Shown here: positions 13,283 to 23,005 of the stretch, piece after piece
Layout: every line of letters begins with the position of its first letter
Position numbering within the stretch: position 1 is the first letter of the stretch
Assembly (NCBI GenBank): GCA_965204575.1
Contig: OZ241993.1
Location: 928,001 to 992,000 of the forward strand
Origin: an uncultured candidatus Porisulfidus sp.
GTDB taxonomy: Bacteria > Pseudomonadota > Gammaproteobacteria > Poriferisulfidales > Poriferisulfidaceae
Length of the DNA: 64,000 nucleotides
Reading direction: 5' to 3'
The notes under the pieces: model-generated
What the model saw: only the letters and a program-made list of their open reading frames with translations
What the model was told of the DNA's origin: nothing
Databases searched by the model: none
Translations under genes and position numbers: made by a program

Positions 13283-13495
13283 GGAGATCTATTTGTCGCA
13301 CTCGCACCGGTAGGGGTACGTCTGGACCGTCAGATCAACCCCTTGCTTTATACCGCAGAAGAATATGACTCTCGCCGGTCGGCCAAAACCTGTTTTTGTC
13401 TCGTGTGTTTGCCGGTGAATACTTGGTTCTTATTGGAGACGAAAATGACGCACCCGAAACTCGATAACCTGGTTCACATCGGGCAACTCAAGGCA
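13283..13495 (+). pseudogene. Decayed partial copy of the MNT-HEPN toxin-antitoxin pair
   Basis: DLFVALAPVGVRLDRQINPLLYT / frameshift / FLSRVFAGEYLVLIGDENDAPETR* followed by MTHPKLDNLVHIGQLKA; parallels the junction of the intact genes at 13924-14926. Confidence 0.85.
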
Positions 13496-13559
13496 AGTTG
13501 GCTACGGCTGCCGAAAGAGTCGGGTCTTACTGGAGGATGCTTTCTTCTGTGGACAATCG

Positions 13560-13856
13560 CTACCCGGTGAGTTGCGGCTGATATCGTTCGACGCGAATTC
13601 GGTCTTCGTCCTTGCGAGCTTGGGCAAGGTTCCAAGCCGTTTGTCGGCGTAGCCAGAACTCGGCACTGGACCAGCCCGCCTTCTCCAGGCGAATAGCCAT
13701 TTCTGGAGAAATCGCCGCGTGCCCGTTGAGGACTCGCGAGAGAGTGTGACGGGCGACGCCCAGAGTCCGTGCCGCTCCGGTCACGCTCAAGCCGAGCGGT
13801 TCCAGGCAGTTCTCCCGGATGCTGCGTCCTGGATGTGGCGGATTGTTCATTGCCAT
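13560..13856 (-). CDS. higA: HigA-family Xre antitoxin (no adjacent higB)
   Basis: [44 protein letters not shown]; GGAG upstream. Confidence 0.88.
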   Translation of the reverse strand: MAMNNPPHPGRSIRENCLEPLGLSVTGAARTLGVARHTLSRVLNGHAAISPEMAIRLEKAGWSSAEFWLRRQTAWNLAQARKDEDRIRVERYQPQLTG

Positions 13857-13923
13857 GCCGTTGCGAAGCTCCACGTGATCTTATTATTATATGTTACCTA
13901 AATAAGGCACTATAATGCCCATT

Positions 13924-14523
13924 ATGGGTATATCCACTAGTCTCGCTGGCGCACTGTTCACCAAGACCCAGCAGAAAGTTCTGGCCCTGCTTTTTGGCCA
14001 GCCGGACCGTAGCTTTTATACCAAGGAACTGATCGGACTGACTGGCTCCGGCTCTGGGGCAGTGCAGCGCGAATTGAAACGCTTGACCTCCAGTGGCTTG
14101 GTTAGGATGACCCCGGTCGGGGCGCAGAAGCATTATCAGGCCAACCCCGATTGCCCCGTGTATCACGAACTCGTCAGCGTCATGCGAAAGACGGTTGCGG
14201 TGGCAGAACCGATCCGGCAGGCACTAAACCCAGTCGCTGACCGCATCAGGCTGGCCATGGTCTACGGCTCTGTCGCACAGGGCACGGATACGGCGGAAAG
14301 CGACATTGACCTGCTTGTCATTGCTGACGACCTGATGCTAGAGGAACTCTATGCCACGCTTGCGCCGGTAGAGGCACGCTTGGACCGCAAGATCAGTCCT
14401 GCACTCTATACGGTACAGGAGTTCACTGCCCGCCGATCGTCCGGGAACCCATTCCTGTCCCGTGTGTTCGCTGGCGAATGCCTGGTCCTTATCGGCGAAG
14501 AAGATGGCGCACCCGCAACTTGA
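13924..14523 (+). CDS. HTH + minimal nucleotidyltransferase (MNT) antitoxin
   Basis: N-terminal wHTH (LF.KTQQKVL.LLFGQP..S.Y..EL...GAVQREL); MNT motif YGSVAQGTDTAESDIDLL; start at 13924 or 13915. Confidence 0.88.
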   Translation: MGISTSLAGALFTKTQQKVLALLFGQPDRSFYTKELIGLTGSGSGAVQRELKRLTSSGLVRMTPVGAQKHYQANPDCPVYHELVSVMRKTVAVAEPIRQALNPVADRIRLAMVYGSVAQGTDTAESDIDLLVIADDLMLEELYATLAPVEARLDRKISPALYTVQEFTARRSSGNPFLSRVFAGECLVLIGEEDGAPAT

Positions 14524-14926
14524 CAACTTGGTGAAAATCGGCCGCCTCAAGGTCGAGTCGGCCACTACGGAGGAAATCGAGGGCCTGCTGCGATCAGGTC
14601 AGCGCCGCCTTGACGACGCTCAGCGACGGGAGCTCAGCTTGGAAAGCCGCTTCGACCTTGGTTACAACGCAGCTCACGCGATTGCGCTTTCGGCCTTGCG
14701 AGCCCACGGCTACCGCTCCGATTCGCGCTATCTGGTTTTTCAGTGTCTGCAACATACGGTTGACCTGCCTGCGGAACAGTGGCGGGTGCTGGATCATGCT
14801 CACCGCAAGCGGAACTTGACTGAATACGAAGGTGCAACGGATGTGGACGAACAACTCCTCAACGCATTGCTAAGGGTGGCGCAAAAAGTCGCTGCGCGCG
14901 TGAGTCGCTTGTTGGTGCAACGGTGA
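14504..14926 (+). CDS. HEPN-like putative toxin paired with the MNT gene
   Basis: ATG 14504 overlaps the MNT 3' end; predicted helical; YNAAHA...GYR and RKRNLTEYEG (R-x4-Y HEPN-like motif). Confidence 0.75.
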   Translation: MAHPQLDNLVKIGRLKVESATTEEIEGLLRSGQRRLDDAQRRELSLESRFDLGYNAAHAIALSALRAHGYRSDSRYLVFQCLQHTVDLPAEQWRVLDHAHRKRNLTEYEGATDVDEQLLNALLRVAQKVAARVSRLLVQR

Positions 14927-15037
14927 AGAAAGAATGGGCTCTGGAAGTTTGGATGGAGTATAGTGGCGCTTTCCAAGTGATGGCCTTTCCGGTTTTCGCG
15001 ACAACCCGGTAAAGACTGCCTGATCTCGTCTGGAACG

Positions 15038-17950
15038 ATGCCGAAAGCGATCACCACCGAGCCTGCCTTCAACCTTGAACTCAGTCGGGTTTTGCGCCAA
15101 AAGCATCCCCGCTGGAAAAATGCGATTGGAGCAGAACAGGTGAGGGTTTTGCGGGGTCAGCCTCAGAAACAGCCGGACATCGTCCTTTCCCCCGCAGGCA
15201 GTTCCCCGGTGGTGCTCGAAACCGAGTTTCTACCTGCCGCTACCGTGGAAAGCGACGCTGTAGCTCGCTTGGGTGGCATCTTGGCAAGTGATGATCGGAA
15301 GATTGAGCAAGCCATTGCCCTGCGGATTCCGAAGGACTTGCGCACTGTTCCGCAGGCGGAACTGACTGAAGCTATTGAAAATGCACAGTTTACTTACTGC
15401 ATTCTTTGTGTTGGGGAAGCCGATGCTGTCGAGCGTCTGCCGAAAAGAGACTGGCTGTGTGGCGGCATTGACGATGTAGCAGCTTGCGCCGACTTGGCTT
15501 CCCTGTCCGAGGCGTTAGTGCTGAAAAGTACGGATGCATTAGAACTCGGAGTGGCCCAAGCGGCCAATTTGCTGGAGTCTCTCCCGGGTTGCCCGGACAG
15601 AAAACTGGGACGTAAACTCTGCCAGGAACCGGGTGAACAGACGAACCGAATGGCGGTTGCCATCATCGCCAATGCGTTGGTGTTCCACCTATGCGTTGAA
15701 GGACGACAGGGCATTCCCCGGTTGAGCGAACTCGAGTCGGCTCAGGGGCGGTTGACCAAGCTTAAAGTTCGACAATGCTGGATGCGGATCCTCTATGAGA
15801 TCAATTACTGGCCAATTTTCAGCATCGCCACAGAACTTCTGGAATGTATGCCATCCAACACGGCCAACGCGGTGCTTAACTGTCTTTACAAAACAGCAGA
15901 TGAGTTACTCGAACTTGGGGCGGTCAGGTTGAACGACCTGTCGGGTCGGATGTTCCAGAAGTTGATCACTGACCGCAAGTTTCTCGCGACTTTCTACACC
16001 CTGCCCGTTTCCGCGACCATGCTCGCGGAACTGGTTGCATCCCGATTGCAGGTTGATTGGCGAAGTAGGGAATCCGTAACAAATCTAAAAATCGCCGATT
16101 TGGCTTGTGGTACCGGAACGCTTGTGGGAGCCCTATACCAGTCGGTCTTGGCCCGATGCCGTCGTGCCGGACAGGACGATGCTGAAATTCACTCGATCAT
16201 GATTGAGGATGCGTTATACGCTTTCGACATCATGCCGGCCGCGACGCATCTCGCGGCCTCAACCTTGTCCGGAGCCCATCCCGGTATCACTTTCGGAGAG
16301 ACGAAGGTTGTGACCATGCCATACGGACATGGCGAAGACCATCCGTTGAGTTTGGGCTCGCTAGATTTAATCATGAACGAGAGCGTCCTTTCCTTATTCA
16401 GTTTGAGCCGGGAACAGTTGGTGGGTGGGAAAGGAATCAAGGCAGACACCGAAATCAGCGTGCCTCAGAAATCGCTGGACATCATCATCATGAATCCGCC
16501 GTTCACCCGCCCTTGTGGGCAGGAAGCGGCCAAGGTCGGTATCCCAGTGCCTTCTTTCGCAGGCTTTGGCACTTCGGAAGAAGAGCAAAAGGCCATGTCG
16601 GAGAAGCTACGGGAAATAGGCAAGAAATTGAAAAAATCCCGGATAAAAATCGACCCGATAAGAGGGGTGCTTGCGGGACATGGGAATGCGGGCTTGGCAT
16701 CAAACTTTATTGACCTTGCGCACGAAAAACTGCGGGAAGGAGGAATTCTGGCGCTGGTGCTGCCTTTCACGTTCGTCCAAGGGGATGCTTGGCATGGCGC
16801 CCGCTCCCTGCTCAAGGCCTACTACAAGAACATCGTGATTGTTTCCATTGCAACAACGGGTGAAACCGAAAGGGCGTTTTCTGCAGATACGGGCATGGCC
16901 GAAGTCTTAGTGGTCGCTGAGCGAAAAGAGGCCAGCGACGTGGCACAGCCGGCAGGTTCGGTGGAATATGCCAACCTGACACGCCGTCCCGACTCCTTGC
17001 TCGAAGCTTCTCTTTTGGCGAAGCATATCCATGGCTCGACACCCGACGAGGAAATCAGCCGCATCGATGCATCCATATCCAGCGGAGGGTGCGCGGGAGT
17101 ACGGTCCGTCTCAAGCCTAGGAACAACTATGCTCGGTTTGTTCAAGACGGGTTCTATCAAATTCCCAAGAAGGAAAGGCGGGATTGCTTTGCCGGTGACC
17201 CCGCTGGGAGACCTCGGAGAGCGAGGAGCCCATGTTCTGGACATTACAGGAAATCCGCCAAGCCCCGGGAAACCGCCTAGGGGGCCATTCGACAAGGCCC
17301 CCCTTCCAAGAGATGGTTTTCCCACCTATCCCGCGCTCTGGAACCACGATGCGAAAAAGGAAACGTGCTTGATGGTTGAGCCGGATGGCCAAGGCAATGT
17401 CCGGGAAGGGTGTGCAGACCGAGCCGATGATTTCTGGAACCAGTTTTCTTCGAAGTTGCATGTCAACGTTGATTTCCGACTGAACTCACAGTCGCTTGCG
17501 GCCTGCCTGACACCAAAGAAAACAATAGGAGGGCGCGCTTGGCCGAATTTTCGGCTTCACGAAACAGCTTGGGAGATTCCGGTGGTACTTTGGGCCAACA
17601 CGACTATTGGGCTAATGGCTTTCTGGTGGATCGGGTCTCGCCAGCAACAAGGCAGGTCCATTCTTCCCGTGTCTCAGCATGAACGGTTTCCAGTGCTGGA
17701 CCCACGTCGTTTGGAATCAGACCAAGTCAAGCGAGTGGGGAGAATCTTCCGGGATTTTCTGACGAAAGACTTCCTTCCCGCGAATGAGGCTTACCGGGAT
17801 GATGTGCGAAAAGCGTTGGACCGAGCAATGTTGGTCGATTTGATTGGAGTTTCGGAGAATGTGCTGGAGTCGCTTGATTTGCTGCGAGACCAATGGTGCG
17901 CCGAGCCAAGCGTTCATGGAGGGAAAAGTACCCGACCAGATTCACTGTGA
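15038..17950 (+). CDS. Single-chain type IIG-like restriction-modification enzyme (nuclease-like N-terminus, N6-adenine MTase, TRD)
   Basis: Motif I DLACGTGTL, motif IV IIMNPPF, FYT motif; N-terminal PDIVL...VLETEF; visibly more AT-rich than its flanks. Confidence 0.8.
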   Translation: MPKAITTEPAFNLELSRVLRQKHPRWKNAIGAEQVRVLRGQPQKQPDIVLSPAGSSPVVLETEFLPAATVESDAVARLGGILASDDRKIEQAIALRIPKDLRTVPQAELTEAIENAQFTYCILCVGEADAVERLPKRDWLCGGIDDVAACADLASLSEALVLKSTDALELGVAQAANLLESLPGCPDRKLGRKLCQEPGEQTNRMAVAIIANALVFHLCVEGRQGIPRLSELESAQGRLTKLKVRQCWMRILYEINYWPIFSIATELLECMPSNTANAVLNCLYKTADELLELGAVRLNDLSGRMFQKLITDRKFLATFYTLPVSATMLAELVASRLQVDWRSRESVTNLKIADLACGTGTLVGALYQSVLARCRRAGQDDAEIHSIMIEDALYAFDIMPAATHLAASTLSGAHPGITFGETKVVTMPYGHGEDHPLSLGSLDLIMNESVLSLFSLSREQLVGGKGIKADTEISVPQKSLDIIIMNPPFTRPCGQEAAKVGIPVPSFAGFGTSEEEQKAMSEKLREIGKKLKKSRIKIDPIRGVLAGHGNAGLASNFIDLAHEKLREGGILALVLPFTFVQGDAWHGARSLLKAYYKNIVIVSIATTGETERAFSADTGMAEVLVVAERKEASDVAQPAGSVEYANLTRRPDSLLEASLLAKHIHGSTPDEEISRIDASISSGGCAGVRSVSSLGTTMLGLFKTGSIKFPRRKGGIALPVTPLGDLGERGAHVLDITGNPPSPGKPPRGPFDKAPLPRDGFPTYPALWNHDAKKETCLMVEPDGQGNVREGCADRADDFWNQFSSKLHVNVDFRLNSQSLAACLTPKKTIGGRAWPNFRLHETAWEIPVVLWANTTIGLMAFWWIGSRQQQGRSILPVSQHERFPVLDPRRLESDQVKRVGRIFRDFLTKDFLPANEAYRDDVRKALDRAMLVDLIGVSENVLESLDLLRDQWCAEPSVHGGKSTRPDSL

Positions 17951-18070
17951 AGCGAGTCCTTCCGGTTCTTGGCTCCATCCGTCCGTGTTTATAGGGTTCT
18001 TTGACATATCAGTTACAATACGCCGCCCAACGATGCCCATGGCGTTGCCGCATTTTTTGAGGAAGTCCGA

Positions 18071-18277
18071 ATGGCCGTCCAGAAAAGCAAAAAGAGCCGC
18101 TCCAAGCGCGACATGCGCCGCTCGCACCATGCCCTGAAAGGGGCCACGGTGTCGGAAGATCCGACCACGGGCACGCGGCACCGCCGCCACCATATCGCCG
18201 CCGACGGCTATTACCGGGGCCGCAAGGTTCTCGAAATCAAGCAGCCGAAAGAGGAGCCGGCCGAAACGGAAGCCTGA
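18071..18277 (+). CDS. rpmF: 50S ribosomal protein L32
   Basis: [19 protein letters not shown]...[15 protein letters not shown]. Confidence 0.98.
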   Translation: MAVQKSKKSRSKRDMRRSHHALKGATVSEDPTTGTRHRRHHIAADGYYRGRKVLEIKQPKEEPAETEA

Positions 18278-18312
18278 CCGGGTTTCGCCTCCGCTGCTGA
18301 GCGGACCATCCC

Positions 18313-19353
18313 ATGACTGAATCCGTCACCATCGCGCTGGATGTGATGGGCGGCGACCACGGTGCGGACAGCGTGCTGCCGGCCGCCGTCTCCCGGCTCA
18401 AGGCCGACCCGTCGCTGCGCCTGATCCTGGTCGGCGACGAATCCCTGATCCACGAACGACTGAAGACGCTGGGTTCGACCCCGGACAGCCGCATGGTCGT
18501 GCACCATGCCTCGGAGCAGATTGAAATGGGCGAACCCCCGCTGCAGGCCCTGCGCGGGAAGCCGGACTCGTCGATGCGGGTCGGCCTCAACCTGCTGCGC
18601 GACGGCGAGGCGCAGGCGTTCGTGAGCGCCGGCAACACCGGCGCCCTGGTGGCGCTGTCGCATTTCGTGGTGCGGATGCTGCCGGGGATCGACCGCCCGG
18701 CCATCCAGTCGACGGTGCCGGCCCTGAACGGCCACACGCACGTGCTGGACTTGGGCGGCAACGTGGACTCCCGTGCCGAACACCTCCTGCAATTCGCCGT
18801 GATGGGTTCCGTGCTGGCCCAGGAACTTGACGACAATCCCCGCCCCCGGGTCGGCCTGCTCAATGTCGGCGAGGAGAACATCAAGGGAAACCGGCAGGTG
18901 CAGGCGGCGGACGCCCTGCTGCGCGAGAGCCGGCTCAACTACATCGGCTACGTCGAGGGCGACGACATCTACTGCGGGGACGTCGACGTGGTGGTGTGCG
19001 ACGGTTTCGTCGGCAACATCTCGCTCAAGACCACCGAGGGCGTGGCCCGGATGCTGATCACGTTCCTCAAGGAGGAATTCAAGCGCAACCTCTATCGCCG
19101 TTCGGCCATGGCCCTGTCCGCCCCGATCCTCAAGGGATTCCGCCGCCTGTTCGACCCCCGCCGCTATAATGGAGCCAGCCTGCTTGGCCTCCGCCACGTG
19201 GTCATCAAGAGCCACGGCAGCGCCGATGCGTTCGCCTTCGAACAGGCCATCATCCGTGCACAGCAGGAGGCGCGCCGAGACCTGCCGATGCGAATAGATC
19301 AGAACATCGATACCCTGCTGGCCGACCGGATCGAAGTCGACGTCGAGTCATGA
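18313..19353 (+). CDS. plsX: Phosphate acyltransferase
   Basis: [41 protein letters not shown]. Confidence 0.97.
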   Translation: MTESVTIALDVMGGDHGADSVLPAAVSRLKADPSLRLILVGDESLIHERLKTLGSTPDSRMVVHHASEQIEMGEPPLQALRGKPDSSMRVGLNLLRDGEAQAFVSAGNTGALVALSHFVVRMLPGIDRPAIQSTVPALNGHTHVLDLGGNVDSRAEHLLQFAVMGSVLAQELDDNPRPRVGLLNVGEENIKGNRQVQAADALLRESRLNYIGYVEGDDIYCGDVDVVVCDGFVGNISLKTTEGVARMLITFLKEEFKRNLYRRSAMALSAPILKGFRRLFDPRRYNGASLLGLRHVVIKSHGSADAFAFEQAIIRAQQEARRDLPMRIDQNIDTLLADRIEVDVES

Positions 19354-20291
19354 TGCACACGGCCATCACCGGGACCGGAGCCTGTCTCCCCGAGCGGGTG
19401 GTGACGAACGAGGAGCTGGAGAAGACGGTCGACACTACGGACCAATGGATCCGGGAACGCACCGGGATCCTCCAGCGCCATATCGCCGGAGACGAGGAGA
19501 CCACGGCCTCGATGGGCGCGCAGGCGGCGCGTGAGGCGCTGGCGGCGGCGGGGCTGGCGGCGGACGACGTCGACATGATCGTGCTGGCGACGACCACCCC
19601 CGACCGCATCTTTCCCAGCACAGCCTGTCATATCCAGAGAGAACTGGGGACCCGGGAGTGCCCGGCATTCGACGTGCAGGCGGTCTGCAGCGGGTTCATC
19701 TACGGGCTGGACATCGCCCGGCGGTTCATCGCGACCGGGGGCGGCGGCACCGTCCTGGTGATCGGTTCCGAAGTGCTGTCCCGCATCGTCGACTGGAGCG
19801 ACCGGAGCACTTGCGTGCTGTTCGGCGACGGAGCGGGCGCCGTGGTGCTCCAGGCGCGCGACGAACCCGGCATCCTGTCGACCCACCTGCATGCGGACGG
19901 GCGCTACGACCACCTGCTGCAGGTGTCGCCGGAGGTGAACGGGGCCTTCATCGAGATGAAGGGCAACGAAGTCTTCCGGATGGCGGTGAACACCTTGGGG
20001 CGGATCGTGGACGAAACCCTCGAGGCCAACCAGATGGATCGGCACGAAGTCGACTGGCTGGTTCCGCACCAGGCCAACCACCGGATCATCGCGGCCACCG
20101 CGCGCAAGCTGGACCTGCCGATGGAACGGGTGGTGGTCACGGTCGACCGGCACGGCAACACCTCGGCCGCCTCGGTGCCGCTGGCGCTGAACCAGGCCGT
20201 GCGCGACGGCCGGATCCAGCCGGGCGACGTGCTCATGCTGGAGGCTTTCGGCGGCGGCTTTACCTGGGGTTCCGCACTGATCCGATACTAG
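19350..20291 (+). CDS. fabH: Beta-ketoacyl-ACP synthase III
   Basis: [27 protein letters not shown]. Confidence 0.97.
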   Translation: MMHTAITGTGACLPERVVTNEELEKTVDTTDQWIRERTGILQRHIAGDEETTASMGAQAAREALAAAGLAADDVDMIVLATTTPDRIFPSTACHIQRELGTRECPAFDVQAVCSGFIYGLDIARRFIATGGGGTVLVIGSEVLSRIVDWSDRSTCVLFGDGAGAVVLQARDEPGILSTHLHADGRYDHLLQVSPEVNGAFIEMKGNEVFRMAVNTLGRIVDETLEANQMDRHEVDWLVPHQANHRIIAATARKLDLPMERVVVTVDRHGNTSAASVPLALNQAVRDGRIQPGDVLMLEAFGGGFTWGSALIRY

Positions 20292-20300
20292 GTCCGACCC

Positions 20301-22139
20301 ATGGCTTCACGTACCGATCGGGCTTTCGACGCCGGGGGGTTCGTGCAGACCCTGACCCACGCCCCGGGCGTGTACCGCATGCTGGACGCGTCCGGCAACC
20401 TCCTGTACGTCGGCAAGGCGCGCGACCTGAAGAAGCGCGTGTCCAGCTACTTCCAGAAAACCTCGCTGGGTCCGCGCACGCGCCAGATGATCGCGCAGAC
20501 CGAGCGGATGGAGGTGACGGTCACGGCCACCGAAGCGGAGGCCCTGCTGCTGGAGAACACCCTGATCAAGCAGCACCATCCCCGCTACAACATCCTGCTG
20601 CGCGACGACAAGAGCTATCCCTACATCTACGCCTCGACCCACCAGACCTACCCGGGGCTGTCGTTCTACCGCGGGCGCAGGCGGCGCAAGGGCCGCACGT
20701 TCGGACCCTATGCCAGCGTCGGGGCCTTGCGGGAGACGCTCAACACCCTGCAGAAACTGTTCCGGACCCGGCAGTGCCCGGACAGTTTCTTCCGCAACCG
20801 CAGCCGGCCGTGCCTGCAGTACCAGATCAAGCGATGCACCGCGCCGTGCGTGGGCTACATCACGCCGGAAGACTACCGGGCGGACGTCGACCTGACGCTG
20901 CGTTTCCTGGAAGGGCGGAACGAGGAAGTGATGCACGATCTGACGGCACGGATGGACCGGGCGTCGGAGCGCCTGGACTACGAGGAGGCGGCGGAGTGGC
21001 GGAATCGCATCCAGTCGCTGCAGGAGATCTGCCGGCATTACCGGACGGGGGTGGCGTCCGGGCACTTCGACGTGATCGCCGCGGTCTGCGAGGGCGGACT
21101 GCATTGCGTCCAGGTCAGTTCTTTCCGCGGCGGCGCAAGCCATGGCAACCGCAGCTATTTCCCGGTCGTCAATGACGCAACCATCGAAGCCCCGGAACTG
21201 TTGCGAGGATTCCTGGGCCAGTACTACCTGGAGCGCGTGGCGCCGCCGGAAGTCCTGCTGAACCATTCGGTCCCGGACCAGGAGGCGCTCGAGGAATGGT
21301 TGAGCGGCAAGTCCCCGGGGCGGATTCGCCTGTGCGCGAACGTGCGGGGCCGCCGGCGCACCCAGGTGGAACTGGTGGAACGCAATGCCCGGCAGTCGAT
21401 TGCCGTGCGAACGCAGTCCCGCAGCGGAATACGGGAACGCTTGGAAGCGCTGGCGGAGGCCCTGTTGCTGGACGCCATGCCGGCTCGGCTGGAGTGCTTC
21501 GACGTCAGTCATACCCGCGGCGAGGCGACGGTGGCTTCGTGCGTGGTCTACACCACGGAGGGGCCGAGCCGTTCGGAATTCCGCAGTTTCAACATTTCCG
21601 GCATCACGCCGGGGGACGACTATGGGGCGTTGCGCGAAGCGCTGACGCGCCGCTATACGAGGGTGTGCGCGGGCGAGTACCCGGCCCCCGACGTGCTGTT
21701 GATCGATGGCGGCAGGGGGCAGCTGCGCATCGCCCGCGAGGTGCTGGCGACGCTCGACGCCCCGGGCATCGTGGTGGTCAGCGTGGCCAAGGGAGAAGGC
21801 CGCAAGCCCGGGACGGAAACCGTGTACGCCGACACCGTCGAGGGACCGCTGCACCTGCCGCAGCGTTCGGTCGCGTTTCACCTGATCCAGCAGGTCCGCG
21901 ACGAGGCGCACCGGTTTGCCGTCACGGGGCACCGCCGCCGCCGCGCCAAGCGCAGGCTCGAATCACCGCTGGAGGAAATTCCCGGCGTGGGGCCGCAACG
22001 TCGGCAGAACCTGTTACGCTACTTCGGGGGATGGCAGGGCGTCCGCAAGGCGACGGCCGCCGACCTCGCCCGGGTGCCCGGCATCGGGGCGGGCCTCGCA
22101 CAGGAGATCTACGACTACCTGCACGAAGAGAACGCATGA
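20301..22139 (+). CDS. uvrC: Excinuclease ABC subunit C
   Basis: PGVYRM..LYVGKA GIY-YIG domain, ECFDVSH, IDGGRGQ, RDEAHRFA, HhH tail. Confidence 0.98.
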   Translation: MASRTDRAFDAGGFVQTLTHAPGVYRMLDASGNLLYVGKARDLKKRVSSYFQKTSLGPRTRQMIAQTERMEVTVTATEAEALLLENTLIKQHHPRYNILLRDDKSYPYIYASTHQTYPGLSFYRGRRRRKGRTFGPYASVGALRETLNTLQKLFRTRQCPDSFFRNRSRPCLQYQIKRCTAPCVGYITPEDYRADVDLTLRFLEGRNEEVMHDLTARMDRASERLDYEEAAEWRNRIQSLQEICRHYRTGVASGHFDVIAAVCEGGLHCVQVSSFRGGASHGNRSYFPVVNDATIEAPELLRGFLGQYYLERVAPPEVLLNHSVPDQEALEEWLSGKSPGRIRLCANVRGRRRTQVELVERNARQSIAVRTQSRSGIRERLEALAEALLLDAMPARLECFDVSHTRGEATVASCVVYTTEGPSRSEFRSFNISGITPGDDYGALREALTRRYTRVCAGEYPAPDVLLIDGGRGQLRIAREVLATLDAPGIVVVSVAKGEGRKPGTETVYADTVEGPLHLPQRSVAFHLIQQVRDEAHRFAVTGHRRRRAKRRLESPLEEIPGVGPQRRQNLLRYFGGWQGVRKATAADLARVPGIGAGLAQEIYDYLHEENA

Positions 22140-22705
22140 TCGAGCCGACCATCCCGAATCTGCTGACGGGACTGCGGATCGCCCTGATCCCGGTTTTCTC
22201 CGGGGTGTTTTTCATCCCCGGATGGGGTCCTCAGGCCTCGGCCGTGCTGTTTGCGCTTGCCAGCCTGACGGATTGGGCGGACGGCTACCTGGCCCGGAAA
22301 CTGGGCCAGCATTCCGCGTTCGGGGCTTTCCTGGACCCGGTGGCGGACAAACTGATCGTATGCGTCGCCCTGGTGCTGCTGGTGTCGCGCGACAACAGCC
22401 TGTGGCTGGTTGCCCCGGCCTGCGTGATCATCGGGCGGGAGATCGCGATTTCCGCCTTGCGCGAATGGCTGGCCGGCACGCGCGCCCGTTCGCGGATTTC
22501 GGTGTCGTGGCTCGGCAAGTTCAAGACCCTGCTGCAACTGGCCTCGCTGGTGCTGTTGCTATGGGCGACGCCCGACTCGTCCGATCCGCTCTACGTGTAT
22601 GGTTTGGCCCTGCTGGGGGTGGCGGCCGCGATGACGCTGGTATCGATGGGGTACTACTTGTGGTTGGCGTTGCACAGCGAAGATTCGGAGGCCTCCGGCG
22701 CCTGA
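22136..22705 (+). CDS. pgsA: CDP-diacylglycerol--glycerol-3-phosphate 3-phosphatidyltransferase
   Basis: IPNLLT.LRI, TDWADGYLAR, GAFLDPVADK, REI.ISALRE; ATG 22136 overlaps the uvrC stop. Confidence 0.96.
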   Translation: MIEPTIPNLLTGLRIALIPVFSGVFFIPGWGPQASAVLFALASLTDWADGYLARKLGQHSAFGAFLDPVADKLIVCVALVLLVSRDNSLWLVAPACVIIGREIAISALREWLAGTRARSRISVSWLGKFKTLLQLASLVLLLWATPDSSDPLYVYGLALLGVAAAMTLVSMGYYLWLALHSEDSEASGA

Positions 22706-22851
22706 AAGCCAGCTCTGAAGGCGCGGTTTCTGTTCCTGCTGCAGTCGGTTGCAGCATCGGGGCGCTTTCAACCCTGTCGCCGTCCATTCAACCGAAAAGC
22801 GGACATAACAGCTTTGCGTTGACATCCGCAGAGCGGATGCCTCGTCTCGAG

Positions 22852-22874
22852 AATAATGTAACAATGTAACAATT
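22852..22874. promoter_or_regulatory. Probable Zur box
   Basis: AATAATGTAACAATGTAACAATT resembles the Zur consensus AAATGTTATAnTATAACATTT and lies upstream of a ZnuD-like receptor. Confidence 0.55.
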
Positions 22875-23005
22875 CGCCGGAAATCTCCTGTCAGCGGGGC
22901 CCGCTCGTAATGTCTCCAGTTTTTGCATCCCTAGAAACACGCCTGCCAGCAAGCGCAAGGCATAGTCTGCGCGACGGCATTCCTCGCGCGAATCGCCCCG
23001 GACGC

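Noticed and set aside
13160-13570. 136-aa plus-strand ORF
   Set aside because: It is a chimeric read-through of pseudogene fragments rather than a real protein
18001-18019. TTGACA and TACAAT upstream of rpmF
   Set aside because: Only 7 nt apart, so they cannot form one sigma70 promoter
22706-22850. Expected tRNA-Gly/Cys/Leu genes after pgsA
   Set aside because: No cloverleaf, TTC T-loop or CCA end found
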